From: Patescibacteria group bacterium
GTDB lineage: Bacteria; Patescibacteriota; Minisyncoccia; Ryanbacterales; GWA2-47-10b
DNA: 64,000 nt
Reading direction: 5' to 3'
Assembly: GCA_038065475.1 (NCBI GenBank)
Contig: JBBTQY010000001.1
Location: 26,145 to 90,144, forward strand
Positions 49,542 to 58,426 of this stretch are shown piece by piece. The notes below the pieces were generated by a model that saw only the letters and a program-made list of their open reading frames with translations, did no database searches and was not told the origin of the DNA. The number at the start of each line of letters is the position of its first letter. Position 1 is the stretch's first letter. The position numbers and the translations under genes were made by a program.

Positions 49542-50303
49542 TTAGTGGGATGGTTCTTCGCTCGTTGCCATGGCCACAAAAACCATCGTAAGCATGGCAA
49601 AGATAAATGCTTGAATAAATCCTACAAAAACTTCAAGGAAAAGAAATGGGAGAGGTACTATGTATGGCACCAAAAATCCAATAATGATGAGTAGTACCTC
49701 GCCCGCAAACACATTGCCAAAGAGTCGAAACGAGAATGAGATTATTTTAACAAATTCGGCTACAAATTCAAGGAGCCCGACAAAGGTAAAGACAGGATTT
49801 TTAAAAGTAAAATATTTTGAAAAATGCTTCACGAAACCTACTGCGAGCACTCCAAAAAACTGCACTGCGAAAACTGAGATGATAGCAAGCGCAATAGTAA
49901 AGTTTAAATCTGCAGCCGGCGCGCGCAAGAGCGGTACAAACGCTTCATGTCCATCATGAACCACATGAAGACCCAGCGATCCTACAATTGGCAACAGACC
50001 AAACCAATTGGAGATCATAATAAACAAAAATACTGTGGCAATGAGCGGAAAATATTTTTCTGATGTGTGGCGATTACCAAAAACTGAATCCATCACGCCT
50101 AAAAGCTGCTCCATTAACAACTCGAAAACGCTCTGAAGTTTACCGGGTACAAGCGCTATTTTTTTTCGCACCACCAGCGCGACGATAAGCAAAACGAGAA
50201 GTGTAATGACGGAAAGCAAAAAAGAATTTGTCACACTAAACGTGCCGATATGAAAAAGTTCTTCTGCTTTGATAGAGATTTCAGTCATGAATAGGCTTAT
50301 CAT
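49542..50303 (-). CDS. atpB: ATP synthase subunit a
   Basis: FSFRLFGNVFAGE (the a-subunit Arg motif) in the penultimate TM. Confidence 0.85.
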   Translation of the reverse strand: MISLFMTEISIKAEELFHIGTFSVTNSFLLSVITLLVLLIVALVVRKKIALVPGKLQSVFELLMEQLLGVMDSVFGNRHTSEKYFPLIATVFLFIMISNWFGLLPIVGSLGLHVVHDGHEAFVPLLRAPAADLNFTIALAIISVFAVQFFGVLAVGFVKHFSKYFTFKNPVFTFVGLLEFVAEFVKIISFSFRLFGNVFAGEVLLIIIGFLVPYIVPLPFLFLEVFVGFIQAFIFAMLTMVFVAMATSEEPSH

Positions 50304-50328
50304 GCCAAAAAATAACGCTTTTTGGATG

Positions 50329-50357
50329 TTGACATTTACTTAAAAATAGAGTATAAT
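50329..50357 (+). promoter_or_regulatory. consensus sigma70-type promoter (TTGACA-17-TATAAT)
   Basis: Exact TTGACA at 50329–50334, a 17-nt spacer, and exact TATAAT at 50352–50357. Lies between the atp operon start (minus strand) and a GC-rich ORF (plus strand). Confidence 0.45.
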
Positions 50358-50422
50358 GCACATAGGTACGTTCATCTTTTTTTTCATCAACAGCGCGACA
50401 ATAGTCGCAGGAGGACATAAGA

Positions 50423-50674
50423 TTGGCAAAACAAGTAGAGTACAAAGGCCCCCCGTGTCCGACTCACGGAGAGGATACGACGGAGAAATGCAGAGAGCTC
50501 TGCGTCTGGCCAGACAGCGAGCTCGCAGCGCGAGTAGCGCTCGTGCCCGCAGCTCCCAACTGCTCGACAAAGCCAGTCGACGGCCTCTGCGGCAAGCACG
50601 GAAGGCCGATGGAGCGCGGCATGAGCCGTCGCCATCCGCGCCGGCCTCTGTGCGTGGGCGCCTTCCCCTCCTGA
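50423..50674 (+). CDS. Cys-rich 83-aa protein (GC-rich island)
   Basis: TTG start 8 nt after AGGAGG. 8 Cys residues. Two stem-loops after the stop, the second with a T-run. Confidence 0.4.
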   Translation: MAKQVEYKGPPCPTHGEDTTEKCRELCVWPDSELAARVALVPAAPNCSTKPVDGLCGKHGRPMERGMSRRHPRRPLCVGAFPS

Positions 50675-50705
50675 CTACGCTCGTGGCGTAGTCGCCAACC
50701 CCAAC

Positions 50706-50746
50706 CCGCCAGCAGTCACGACGACTGCTGGCGGCTTTATTTTTTG
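50706..50746 (+). terminator. rho-independent terminator
   Basis: Perfect 12-bp stem ccgccagcagtc/gactgctggcgg followed by CTTTATTTTTTG. Confidence 0.6.
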
Positions 50747-50777
50747 TAGAAAAAAACGGCCCGTGATGACCGTTTGA

Positions 50778-50966
50778 CTATCCGAGATATTGACCGAAGC
50801 GATCGCGCACAGGACACCCCTCGGGATCGCAATAGGCTTCACGTGCTGGATCATAGTGAAGCCCATGCGCCTCGGCTACCTGAATATTGCGTGGATTGTC
50901 CGGCGAGAGATCCGGATCGAACCCTGGCAACCTCTCGTCATTAGTACCTTGTTTACTGTTCTCCAA
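50778..50966 (-). CDS. hypothetical small protein
   Basis: TTG start preceded by AAGGAGG at 7-nt spacing. 62 aa. Confidence 0.4.
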   Translation of the reverse strand: MENSKQGTNDERLPGFDPDLSPDNPRNIQVAEAHGLHYDPAREAYCDPEGCPVRDRFGQYLG

Positions 50967-51023
50967 TGCAAAACCTCCTTAATGAGCTAGAAAAAATATA
51001 CCACACCGTCTAAGAAACCAAAA

Positions 51024-51056
51024 TCCCGCCGAAGGCGGGATTTTGTGTTTTTTAAA
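51024..51056. terminator. bidirectional rho-independent terminator
   Basis: aatcccgccgaaggcgggatt hairpin flanked by A- and T-runs. Confidence 0.5.
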
Positions 51057-53055
51057 ATTCTTTATCCATCGCGGGTTTGTCGGCGGTCTTGCCGTAACCG
51101 CACTGTGGGCCCGGGTCAGGTACGCGTGTACCGTCGGTAGCGGTTACCACGCCTTGGGCCGCATGCCAGTGATCAGCCCCACACCCAACCTCACTTTCAA
51201 TAATCAACTGGTCAACAGGCAAATATTTGCCATTGTATTCGATAACTTTTATTTTCTTTTTCTCTGTAGCGCCAGTTGCGCCACCTCCGGTAGTGCCTGC
51301 TGCTGGCGGATCAATATCGCGTATGGGCTGACCGGGATCAGTCATGGGAGGCGGAGGAGTTTTCGCATCAATCGGACACTGAAGTTCGCCGGGCTTACCA
51401 TCAGCACCGTTGGGCTTGCCAAGACCTCCTTTGCCTCCACCACCCGGGCCGCAACCATCGCCGCCATTGCCACCAACGCCACCAGTCTCATCTTGCACAA
51501 TACCGTCAGCGCCATCACCTGTCGTTCCTTTTCCGGCCTTTCCAATCTTTGTAATTGCATTACCTCCGTTGCCACCTTTGCCGCCGGTCGGTTTCAAGGG
51601 GCAGTTGCCTCCAACGCCGCCATCAGCGCCGTGTGCATTGGCATCGCCGCCATCACCACCAACCGCCTCGCCTGTAGCCCCCGTAAGTTTTAATGACGCA
51701 TCGCCACCTTTGCCACCAGTTGCATTAGCACTGCCACCCTTGCCGCCAGCACACTTGCATCCTGTGCCATTGCCACCCCTACCGGGTTTTGCGAACGCGG
51801 GGCCACCCTCGCCGCCCTCTACTTTATCAACCGTCACACTGCCAATACCTTCAACGGCACCAAGGGCCGCGAGTTCTTTTTTGTTTTTGCCGCCATCACC
51901 ACCTGTTGCAATCGCATCCCCACCCTTGGTACCTGGACAAGCATCGATACCTGGCTTGCCGATTGCAGTGGCTGACCCACCCTGGCCACCCATACCTGGT
52001 ACCACATGAAAATTATTGATAACAATTTTTCCAAGAGCTGTCATTTTGAAGTTGCCAGCAGCACCTCCCACTCCACCGGTCGCATGAGCAGAATCACAGT
52101 CAGCCGTGGTCTCTGCGTCACCTCCTTTGCCGCCATCACCGAGCTCCAGTCTAAAGTTATCAATAGTAATATTTGCGGCATTCACGCGCATACGAAACGC
52201 ATCCTCACCCTTGCCGCCACGCGCGTTGCATGACTTACCAATATCATCATCACCATCGCGCCCATCGGGACCCACAAGATGAAAATCTTTTATCTCAATA
52301 TTACCCTTGTCTCCAAAATCAAAATTGAGAAGGATCTTTTTAACATCTTTTGGTGGTACCGGCACCGCAACGCCAGAAGGAGCTGTGCCTCCGTTGCCGA
52401 TCGTCCACCTGCCGCTCAATATTACTTGTGGCAAAAGATTGCCATCTTTGTCGCGCGCGTCTTGCGCATGAGCCTCACGTATTAAAGAAAACTCTGGGAT
52501 TGATACGGGTTGCCCATTGAGACTTATTTTCTGTATAGCACCTTCGGTAAATGGACCAATGCGCGTCCCCGCGCCACTATTGGTACCCGCTTCCAAAAAC
52601 AATGCGTCGATCTCGCCTTGAGTTTCTTTCGCGAGCGCCGCACTTTGTACAATCTGGACAGAACCATTTGAAGAAACTTCGGCGTCTTTGCTAAATGTTA
52701 TAGGGCCCGCAACCGCCAACACAATACCGACGCCGTCGGTACTGCCATCAGGACGTATACATTCAATGCGACGATTTACTTGGAGCGCGCCTGAAACCTC
52801 TATCGACGCGGAACCACCATCACACGCAAGCACTCCGTCAATCGTAAGGTCACCATCAACGGCAAGTGATGCATTGTTTTGCAAAACCATCTTGTGGTCA
52901 GATGCGATCGCCTGGCTACCGGCGAGCTTTGTGTCATTTGATATAGTATCGACAATGAACTGCTCTTCGGGCGTATCAGTATTACTGCCCAAATACCAAG
53001 ATCCGCCAATTACCAAAAAAAGTACAACGAGAACAACGAGGATTTTATTAGTCAT
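51052..53055 (-). CDS. glycine-rich repeat surface protein
   Basis: N-terminal TM/signal, a β-rich N-terminal domain, then ~250 aa of GG(K/D/N)GG-type repeats. Confidence 0.6.
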   Translation of the reverse strand: MTNKILVVLVVLFLVIGGSWYLGSNTDTPEEQFIVDTISNDTKLAGSQAIASDHKMVLQNNASLAVDGDLTIDGVLACDGGSASIEVSGALQVNRRIECIRPDGSTDGVGIVLAVAGPITFSKDAEVSSNGSVQIVQSAALAKETQGEIDALFLEAGTNSGAGTRIGPFTEGAIQKISLNGQPVSIPEFSLIREAHAQDARDKDGNLLPQVILSGRWTIGNGGTAPSGVAVPVPPKDVKKILLNFDFGDKGNIEIKDFHLVGPDGRDGDDDIGKSCNARGGKGEDAFRMRVNAANITIDNFRLELGDGGKGGDAETTADCDSAHATGGVGGAAGNFKMTALGKIVINNFHVVPGMGGQGGSATAIGKPGIDACPGTKGGDAIATGGDGGKNKKELAALGAVEGIGSVTVDKVEGGEGGPAFAKPGRGGNGTGCKCAGGKGGSANATGGKGGDASLKLTGATGEAVGGDGGDANAHGADGGVGGNCPLKPTGGKGGNGGNAITKIGKAGKGTTGDGADGIVQDETGGVGGNGGDGCGPGGGGKGGLGKPNGADGKPGELQCPIDAKTPPPPMTDPGQPIRDIDPPAAGTTGGGATGATEKKKIKVIEYNGKYLPVDQLIIESEVGCGADHWHAAQGVVTATDGTRVPDPGPQCGYGKTADKPAMDKEF

Positions 53056-53147
53056 AGCAAATTAAGAAAACCAGTAAATGATTATCTTCAGCCTAGCAAA
53101 AAATACACCCGCGCGTCCAAGCGTTAAAAAGAAAAACTATTTTCTGA

Positions 53148-54365
53148 CTACTCTGTCAAGAATGCACGCGCCACTTTATAAATCACACCTGCATGATCGT
53201 CGGAAATATACATTGTGCCGCCTGGCTGAATGAGAATACCTACAGGTCTGCCGAGCGCGCCATCGGGCGTGAGCCAGCCAGAGATAAAATCTTCGATGCC
53301 TTCAAAGTTGCCCTGCGCATCAAGCTTTACGCGTACTACTTTGTAACCGGTAGGGGTCGTACGATTCCACGATCCGTGATAAGCGACCAACAAATCGTAC
53401 CAATACTCTTCGGGCCAACCCTCTTCAGGGATAAAGCCAAGCCCCAGCGGCGCCGAGTGTGCGGGTAAATCAACGCGCGAAGGAATTTCAAACGGCTCCA
53501 TACAAGGGTTGCGAATATACGTATTTTTATCAAAATCGGTATCGTGAATATTTTTGCCGTAACAAATAGGCCACCCATAGTTTTTATCTTCTTCAATAAT
53601 ATTTATCTCATCGGGCGGCAAGTCATCGCCCAGCAAGTCTCTACCCATCTCGGTCGCCCACATGCGACCATCAACATAACTCCAAGTAAAAAATGGCGCG
53701 TTGCGAAGCCCTCGCGCAAATTCTTTAAAATCTGATCCATCAGGGTTGAGTGAATAAATAGCTGCGCGACGTTGATCCTGTTCGAGACATACATTGCAGG
53801 TAGAACCCATTGAGACATAGAGGCGCCCATCAGGACCAAAGCGCAGCGAATAGTAGTTGTGATTGCCGCCTGAGGGCAATTCGATGACACGTGTGGGCGC
53901 CTGCGCCTTGGCAGTATCAACGCGAAGCAACTCTCCTGCGCTCGCGATGTAAAGCACCTGCGGCTCACGATAATCAAATGCGATGCCGTGCGGGCGGCGC
54001 AACCCAGAGTAAACAACCTTTTGCTCGCCCGCCCTACCATCTTGCATGGCAATACGTATGATCTTGCCTTCACTCGTTTGCGAGAACCAGAGAGCGCCAT
54101 CGGGACCGAACGCCATGTCACGTGCGCCCGGAATATTTTTTGCAAAAATAGATATATCAAAACCCGGCGGTAACTTGAGCGGCATGTCAGTACTATTGGT
54201 ACCTGGTAACAACTCTTTGCCCGTCTCGGGAATTTTTTCTGTAATATCTGCGGGTGGTGGTTTGAGTGCAAAAAATGCACCACGAATATTGGGCCAGAAG
54301 TAAATAGAAGGCAGTACCACTATAAAGGAAAAGACAATAACAAATACTTTTCTCATTGCCTTCAT
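53148..54365 (-). CDS. soluble glucose/sorbosone dehydrogenase (GSDH/YliI)-family β-propeller, membrane anchored
   Basis: …RDMAFGPDGALWFSQ… and DEINIIEEDKNYGWP (the GSDH NYGWP motif). Confidence 0.75.
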   Translation of the reverse strand: MKAMRKVFVIVFSFIVVLPSIYFWPNIRGAFFALKPPPADITEKIPETGKELLPGTNSTDMPLKLPPGFDISIFAKNIPGARDMAFGPDGALWFSQTSEGKIIRIAMQDGRAGEQKVVYSGLRRPHGIAFDYREPQVLYIASAGELLRVDTAKAQAPTRVIELPSGGNHNYYSLRFGPDGRLYVSMGSTCNVCLEQDQRRAAIYSLNPDGSDFKEFARGLRNAPFFTWSYVDGRMWATEMGRDLLGDDLPPDEINIIEEDKNYGWPICYGKNIHDTDFDKNTYIRNPCMEPFEIPSRVDLPAHSAPLGLGFIPEEGWPEEYWYDLLVAYHGSWNRTTPTGYKVVRVKLDAQGNFEGIEDFISGWLTPDGALGRPVGILIQPGGTMYISDDHAGVIYKVARAFLTE

Positions 54366-54409
54366 TGTAGTACGGCCTTTCGCACTTGTATAATAAAGAT
54401 GTGTAGCTA

Positions 54410-54441
54410 TAAAAAAGCGCCCTAGTGGCGCTTTTTTGTTT
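54410..54441. terminator. bidirectional rho-independent terminator
   Basis: aaaaaagcgccctagtggcgctttttt. Confidence 0.55.
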
Positions 54442-54449
54442 CATTCGTC

Positions 54450-55376
54450 CTACTCTTTCTTAAAAAACTGAAAACTCTTTATGAGATCCTCCATCTCTGT
54501 AATCGCTTGGTCAACGCCCTCTGATACGCTGGATGGCAAATTATTGGAATCTTTGCGCACCTCTTCTAACTGACTTTCGGTTACTTTGGCTGAATAACAT
54601 GCACTGGAATCCCCCGTTCGATAGGTTGTTTTATCGCTATTTTCAAAAAATATACCGACATTATCGTAGACACAAAACACCTGACAATCTTTCGCGCCAA
54701 GCTTTGATTGGGGTCTCAATTCTATTTGTTTTTCTCTTTGGTAGGCTGCTTCGCCTGCAACCGTTTTTAATTTTTTAAAAATATGAGCATCTCTATAAAG
54801 CGCATTATCAGACCATTCCCTCATCTCACTATCGAGGGTACTGTGCGGCGGCTCTCCGGGCGGAGTTTCCGTGGTAGATAGAGAAGCACGCGAGTTAAAA
54901 CCTAAAATTAACAGAGACCGATCACACATACCCCCATTATCTAAATAAGCACCGAGCCTCTCTCGAAACGCCTTCTCAACCTCAGGTTCCCTGATATTAG
55001 CAAACCTTGGTAATAAATTGGGAGCATTTACGAACGTCCACTCACCATTTCTTTTCATATCGACAAACGAGTATGCTCTCGGTGATGTAAAAGTAAAAAA
55101 AGCACCTGGATGATGCGGCAAAAATCCATCAGGGCTTTTAACGAGGTGAGGCCCTTCTGAAGAATTTTTATTCCCCTCATCCAATGACTCCATGACAGTC
55201 AACAAACCAAACTGCCATGCAAGCAGACCCATCGCTACCAATACCACTATCATGATAATGATAATCACCCATGCATACGATTTCGGCCGACCGCCTTGTG
55301 GTGTCATGGAAGGTACTTGCCCAAAGGGTGGTTGGGATACCGGCTGATTTTGCTGAAATGAGTCTTGCTCGTTCAC
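54450..55376 (-). CDS. hypothetical membrane-anchored protein
   Basis: Gln/Pro-rich N-terminus, one TM, then a ~230-aa extracytoplasmic domain. 4-bp overlap with the ABC permease. Confidence 0.5.
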   Translation of the reverse strand: MNEQDSFQQNQPVSQPPFGQVPSMTPQGGRPKSYAWVIIIIMIVVLVAMGLLAWQFGLLTVMESLDEGNKNSSEGPHLVKSPDGFLPHHPGAFFTFTSPRAYSFVDMKRNGEWTFVNAPNLLPRFANIREPEVEKAFRERLGAYLDNGGMCDRSLLILGFNSRASLSTTETPPGEPPHSTLDSEMREWSDNALYRDAHIFKKLKTVAGEAAYQREKQIELRPQSKLGAKDCQVFCVYDNVGIFFENSDKTTYRTGDSSACYSAKVTESQLEEVRKDSNNLPSSVSEGVDQAITEMEDLIKSFQFFKKE

Positions 55377-56146
55377 TCCCTTATTTTATATCCGATCTTG
55401 AATAGATACCAGACCCAATAACCGAGGCCGAGGATAAGACCTATGGTAAGTGCCATGCCAGCAATCATATTGGACTCAGAAATACCGAGCATCGTGTAGC
55501 GAAGACCATCGACAAAATAGAAAAACGGATTGAGCCGCACCACCCACTGCAAGAGCGGCGGCATCATGTAGATCGAGTTAAACACGCCGCCCAAAAAAGT
55601 TAATGGCGTGATAATAAAAATACTCGGGAGCGAAAGCTGTTCGAAATTTTTTGCCCAGAGCGCGACGAGCATACCCGCGAGTGAGAAGATGGTCGAGATA
55701 GCAGCCGCGTAAAGAATCATCAAGAAAAAATGTGCAACGGTAGCCTGAGTAAAGAAAACCCCTAGAGCATACACACCTGCGCCCACAATGACGCCTCTGA
55801 CCACGCCGCCTGCCAAAAATCCAATAATCATCTCAAAATATGAGAGCGGCGCTACAAGCAACTCATCGATCGCGCGGAACCACTTCATGACGTAAAGTGA
55901 GGTCGAGGTATGCGAAAATGCCGAGTTCATAATATTCATCATCACGATACCGGGAAGCACGAAATCAATATAAGATACGCCAGCAATCGTATCGATGCGC
56001 TGACCTACAACGTGACCAAAGATCAAAATATAGAGAAGCGAGGAGATCCACGGTGCGCCCAACGTCTGGATCCACACGCGAAACATGCGCCCCGTCTCGC
56101 GAGCAACAAACGTATAAAGACCTACCCAGTTTATTTTATGCATCAT
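55373..56146 (-). CDS. ABC-2 type transporter permease
   Basis: Six TM helices and ABC-2 family topology. Overlaps the ATPase gene. Confidence 0.8.
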   Translation of the reverse strand: MMHKINWVGLYTFVARETGRMFRVWIQTLGAPWISSLLYILIFGHVVGQRIDTIAGVSYIDFVLPGIVMMNIMNSAFSHTSTSLYVMKWFRAIDELLVAPLSYFEMIIGFLAGGVVRGVIVGAGVYALGVFFTQATVAHFFLMILYAAAISTIFSLAGMLVALWAKNFEQLSLPSIFIITPLTFLGGVFNSIYMMPPLLQWVVRLNPFFYFVDGLRYTMLGISESNMIAGMALTIGLILGLGYWVWYLFKIGYKIRE

Positions 56147-56871
56147 AATGATTTGCCATCCTTGGTAATTTCCAAATATGTCTGCTCGAGTTTTTTACCA
56201 CCTGTCGTAAACTCGCTCTTGTCTCCTATTGCTGCGATCTTGCCACCACTAATAATCGCGATGCGATTACATAAAAACTCTACTTCTTCTAAATAATGAG
56301 ATGTGAGCAAAATAGTCTTACCGGCTTTATTTAAGTCCTGTAAATATCGCCATAGGTCGTGACGCATCTCTACATCAACGCCTGCGGTCGGCTCGTCGAG
56401 AATCAGCAGATCGGGATCATGCACCATGGCACGCGCAAGCATCACGCGACGCTTGAGCCCACCTGACAAGGCCATAAAGCTTTTTTTGCTGTGCGCGCCG
56501 AGCTCAAAGCGTTCAAGTACATCATCGACTCTCTTTTTGCGCGAAGCACCCGGGATGCCATAATAACCACCCACGTACCATAAAATATCATACGCGGTCG
56601 CAAAAATGTCGACATTAAAATCTTGCGGGGCTAATCCAATCTTTTTGCGTGCTTCACGATAATCAGCAACCACGTCGATACCAAATACTTTGATCGTACC
56701 GCCCTGAAACGATGCAATGCCCGTCGTACATTTGATAGTCGACGTCTTGCCGGCACCATTAGGTCCTAAAAAACCGAAAAACTCACCCGGCTCGATAGAA
56801 AACGAGATTTCTTTGACGGCGTCCGTAGCACCGTATGATTTGCGCAGATTTTTTATTTCAAGAGCTTTCAT
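56143..56871 (-). CDS. ABC transporter ATP-binding protein
   Basis: Walker A GPNGAGKTS, signature LSGGLKRR, Walker B LLILDEPT. Confidence 0.9.
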   Translation of the reverse strand: MKALEIKNLRKSYGATDAVKEISFSIEPGEFFGFLGPNGAGKTSTIKCTTGIASFQGGTIKVFGIDVVADYREARKKIGLAPQDFNVDIFATAYDILWYVGGYYGIPGASRKKRVDDVLERFELGAHSKKSFMALSGGLKRRVMLARAMVHDPDLLILDEPTAGVDVEMRHDLWRYLQDLNKAGKTILLTSHYLEEVEFLCNRIAIISGGKIAAIGDKSEFTTGGKKLEQTYLEITKDGKSL

Positions 56872-56875
56872 AATA

Positions 56876-57253
56876 TCATTTTACCGTAGCGCCAGGTGGC
56901 ACCTCTCTGTCGGGTGTTAAGAGTACCGGCACATCGGCACCAGCCGCAAGTAGCATCCCCTGACTTTCCAAACCCATGAGTTTACGCGGCTCGAGATTGA
57001 TAACCACCACAATCTGACGACTTATCAAATCTTCAGGCGCATATCCTTTACCGATACCAGCAATAATCTGACGCGGCCGCTCGGTACTTGCCTCATCGAC
57101 TTCTCCGGTATCAACCGAAAGACGAATCAATTTATCAGAACCCTCGACGCGCTCGGCGGCACGTATCGTGCCTACACGCAGTTCAGTTTTTGCAAAATCG
57201 TCATAAGAAATCGTCATGTCTTCTATCATGCTATGCCTGAGGTCAATTGGCAA
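56876..57253 (-). CDS. tRNA-binding (CsaA/Trbp111-like OB-fold) protein
   Basis: …FAKTELRVGTIRAAERVEGSDKLIRLSVDTGE… resembles the MetRS C-terminal/CsaA tRNA-binding domain. Start may be an internal Met. Confidence 0.65.
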   Translation of the reverse strand: MPIDLRHSMIEDMTISYDDFAKTELRVGTIRAAERVEGSDKLIRLSVDTGEVDEASTERPRQIIAGIGKGYAPEDLISRQIVVVINLEPRKLMGLESQGMLLAAGADVPVLLTPDREVPPGATVK

Positions 57254-57256
57254 CTT

Positions 57257-58417
57257 TTAGATGCGTCCCGCGCGAATATCATCACGCACGCGAGCAACCA
57301 ATGCATTAAAATAAAAAAGATTGTGTTTTGAAAGAAGTGACATCGCCGTCATCTCACCTGCGCGCCACAGATGTGTGATGTATGCGCGCGAATAAGTTTT
57401 ACATACTTCGCACGCACATTTCTTATCAAGCGGTTTTTGATCTTTGAGATAGGCGATTTTTTTTATATCAAGCTTGCCGGTACTCGTATAGGCAAACCCG
57501 CGACGAGCATAGTGAGTAGGTACAATACAATCAAATGTATCGGCACCCGCCCTAACGATTGGTACAATATCTTCCGGATATCCAATACCGAGCAAATGCC
57601 GAGGTTTTTCTTCTGGTAGTTCGTCTACTACCCAACCTACCATCCGTGTCATAGCACTCTTGTCATCACCAAACTCGCCACCAATACCAATACCATCAAA
57701 CGGCAATGCCCCCGTAAAACGCGCCGATGCTCTGCGCAAATCTTCAAACTTGCCGCCCTGCACAATACCATAGAGCGCCTGTTTGTTTTTCTTTTTATAT
57801 TTAAGACAAAGCTTGGCCCACAGGTGACTCCGCTCAAGTGAACGCTCAGTATAGGCGCGATCGGCTATCGGCGAGGTGCACTCGTCAAACGCAAAAATAA
57901 TATCAGCACCTAGTTGCTCCTGAATACGCATTGATTCACGCGGGCCGATAAAGATTTTGGCGCCATCGATTGGCGAGCGAAACTCGACGCCTTTGTCAGT
58001 AATGCGCAGTTTCTGCGGTTGTGCACCTTTTTTTATTTCCTTATCACTCTTTTCTTTGAGCATTTTACCCGTACCAAAATCATGCCCAAAGCCAAGACTA
58101 AATACTTGAAATCCACCCGAATCAGTCATCAGCGGCCGCGGCCACTGCATAAACTTATGAAGCCCGCCTGCGCGCGCGACAACCTTCTCACCAGGGCGCA
58201 GGTGGAGGTGAAACGTATTGGCAATCAAAAGTTGCGCTTTTGCGTCAAGTGCATCTTGTGAGGTCAGCGTTTTAACCACTGCTCGCGTCGCTACCGGCAC
58301 AAACGCAGGAGTTTCTATCTCACCGTGCGCGGTACGCAAAACCCCGAGACGCGCTCGGGATTTTTTGGATTTTTTTGTTATGCGAAACGAGAACATAATC
58401 GGCCAATCATACGGCAA
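57257..58417 (-). CDS. tgt: queuine tRNA-ribosyltransferase
   Basis: TIM-barrel TGT and a C-terminal zinc site CACEVC…H. Confidence 0.9.
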   Translation of the reverse strand: MPYDWPIMFSFRITKKSKKSRARLGVLRTAHGEIETPAFVPVATRAVVKTLTSQDALDAKAQLLIANTFHLHLRPGEKVVARAGGLHKFMQWPRPLMTDSGGFQVFSLGFGHDFGTGKMLKEKSDKEIKKGAQPQKLRITDKGVEFRSPIDGAKIFIGPRESMRIQEQLGADIIFAFDECTSPIADRAYTERSLERSHLWAKLCLKYKKKNKQALYGIVQGGKFEDLRRASARFTGALPFDGIGIGGEFGDDKSAMTRMVGWVVDELPEEKPRHLLGIGYPEDIVPIVRAGADTFDCIVPTHYARRGFAYTSTGKLDIKKIAYLKDQKPLDKKCACEVCKTYSRAYITHLWRAGEMTAMSLLSKHNLFYFNALVARVRDDIRAGRI

Positions 58418-58426
58418 ATCAAGTAC

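Noticed and set aside
50363-50746. Possible structured ncRNA (RNase P RNA, tmRNA or 6S) downstream of the perfect promoter
   Set aside because: I find no conserved RNase P (GGAAAGUCCGG…ACAGAA) or tmRNA (tag reading frame, GGUUCGAUUCC T-arm) elements. An SD-preceded ORF ends exactly before the terminator. I keep the ncRNA idea only as a low-probability alternative.
51410-52009. 199-aa proline-rich ORF (PPLPP…) on the plus strand
   Set aside because: It is the reverse-complement shadow of the Gly-rich repeat gene (GGN codons read as NCC Pro on the other strand). It has no independent start or SD signals.
51400-52300. Periodic short DNA repeats that could be mistaken for a CRISPR array
   Set aside because: The repeats are in-frame Gly-rich coding repeats of variable unit length inside a long ORF. 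There is no regular repeat-spacer architecture.
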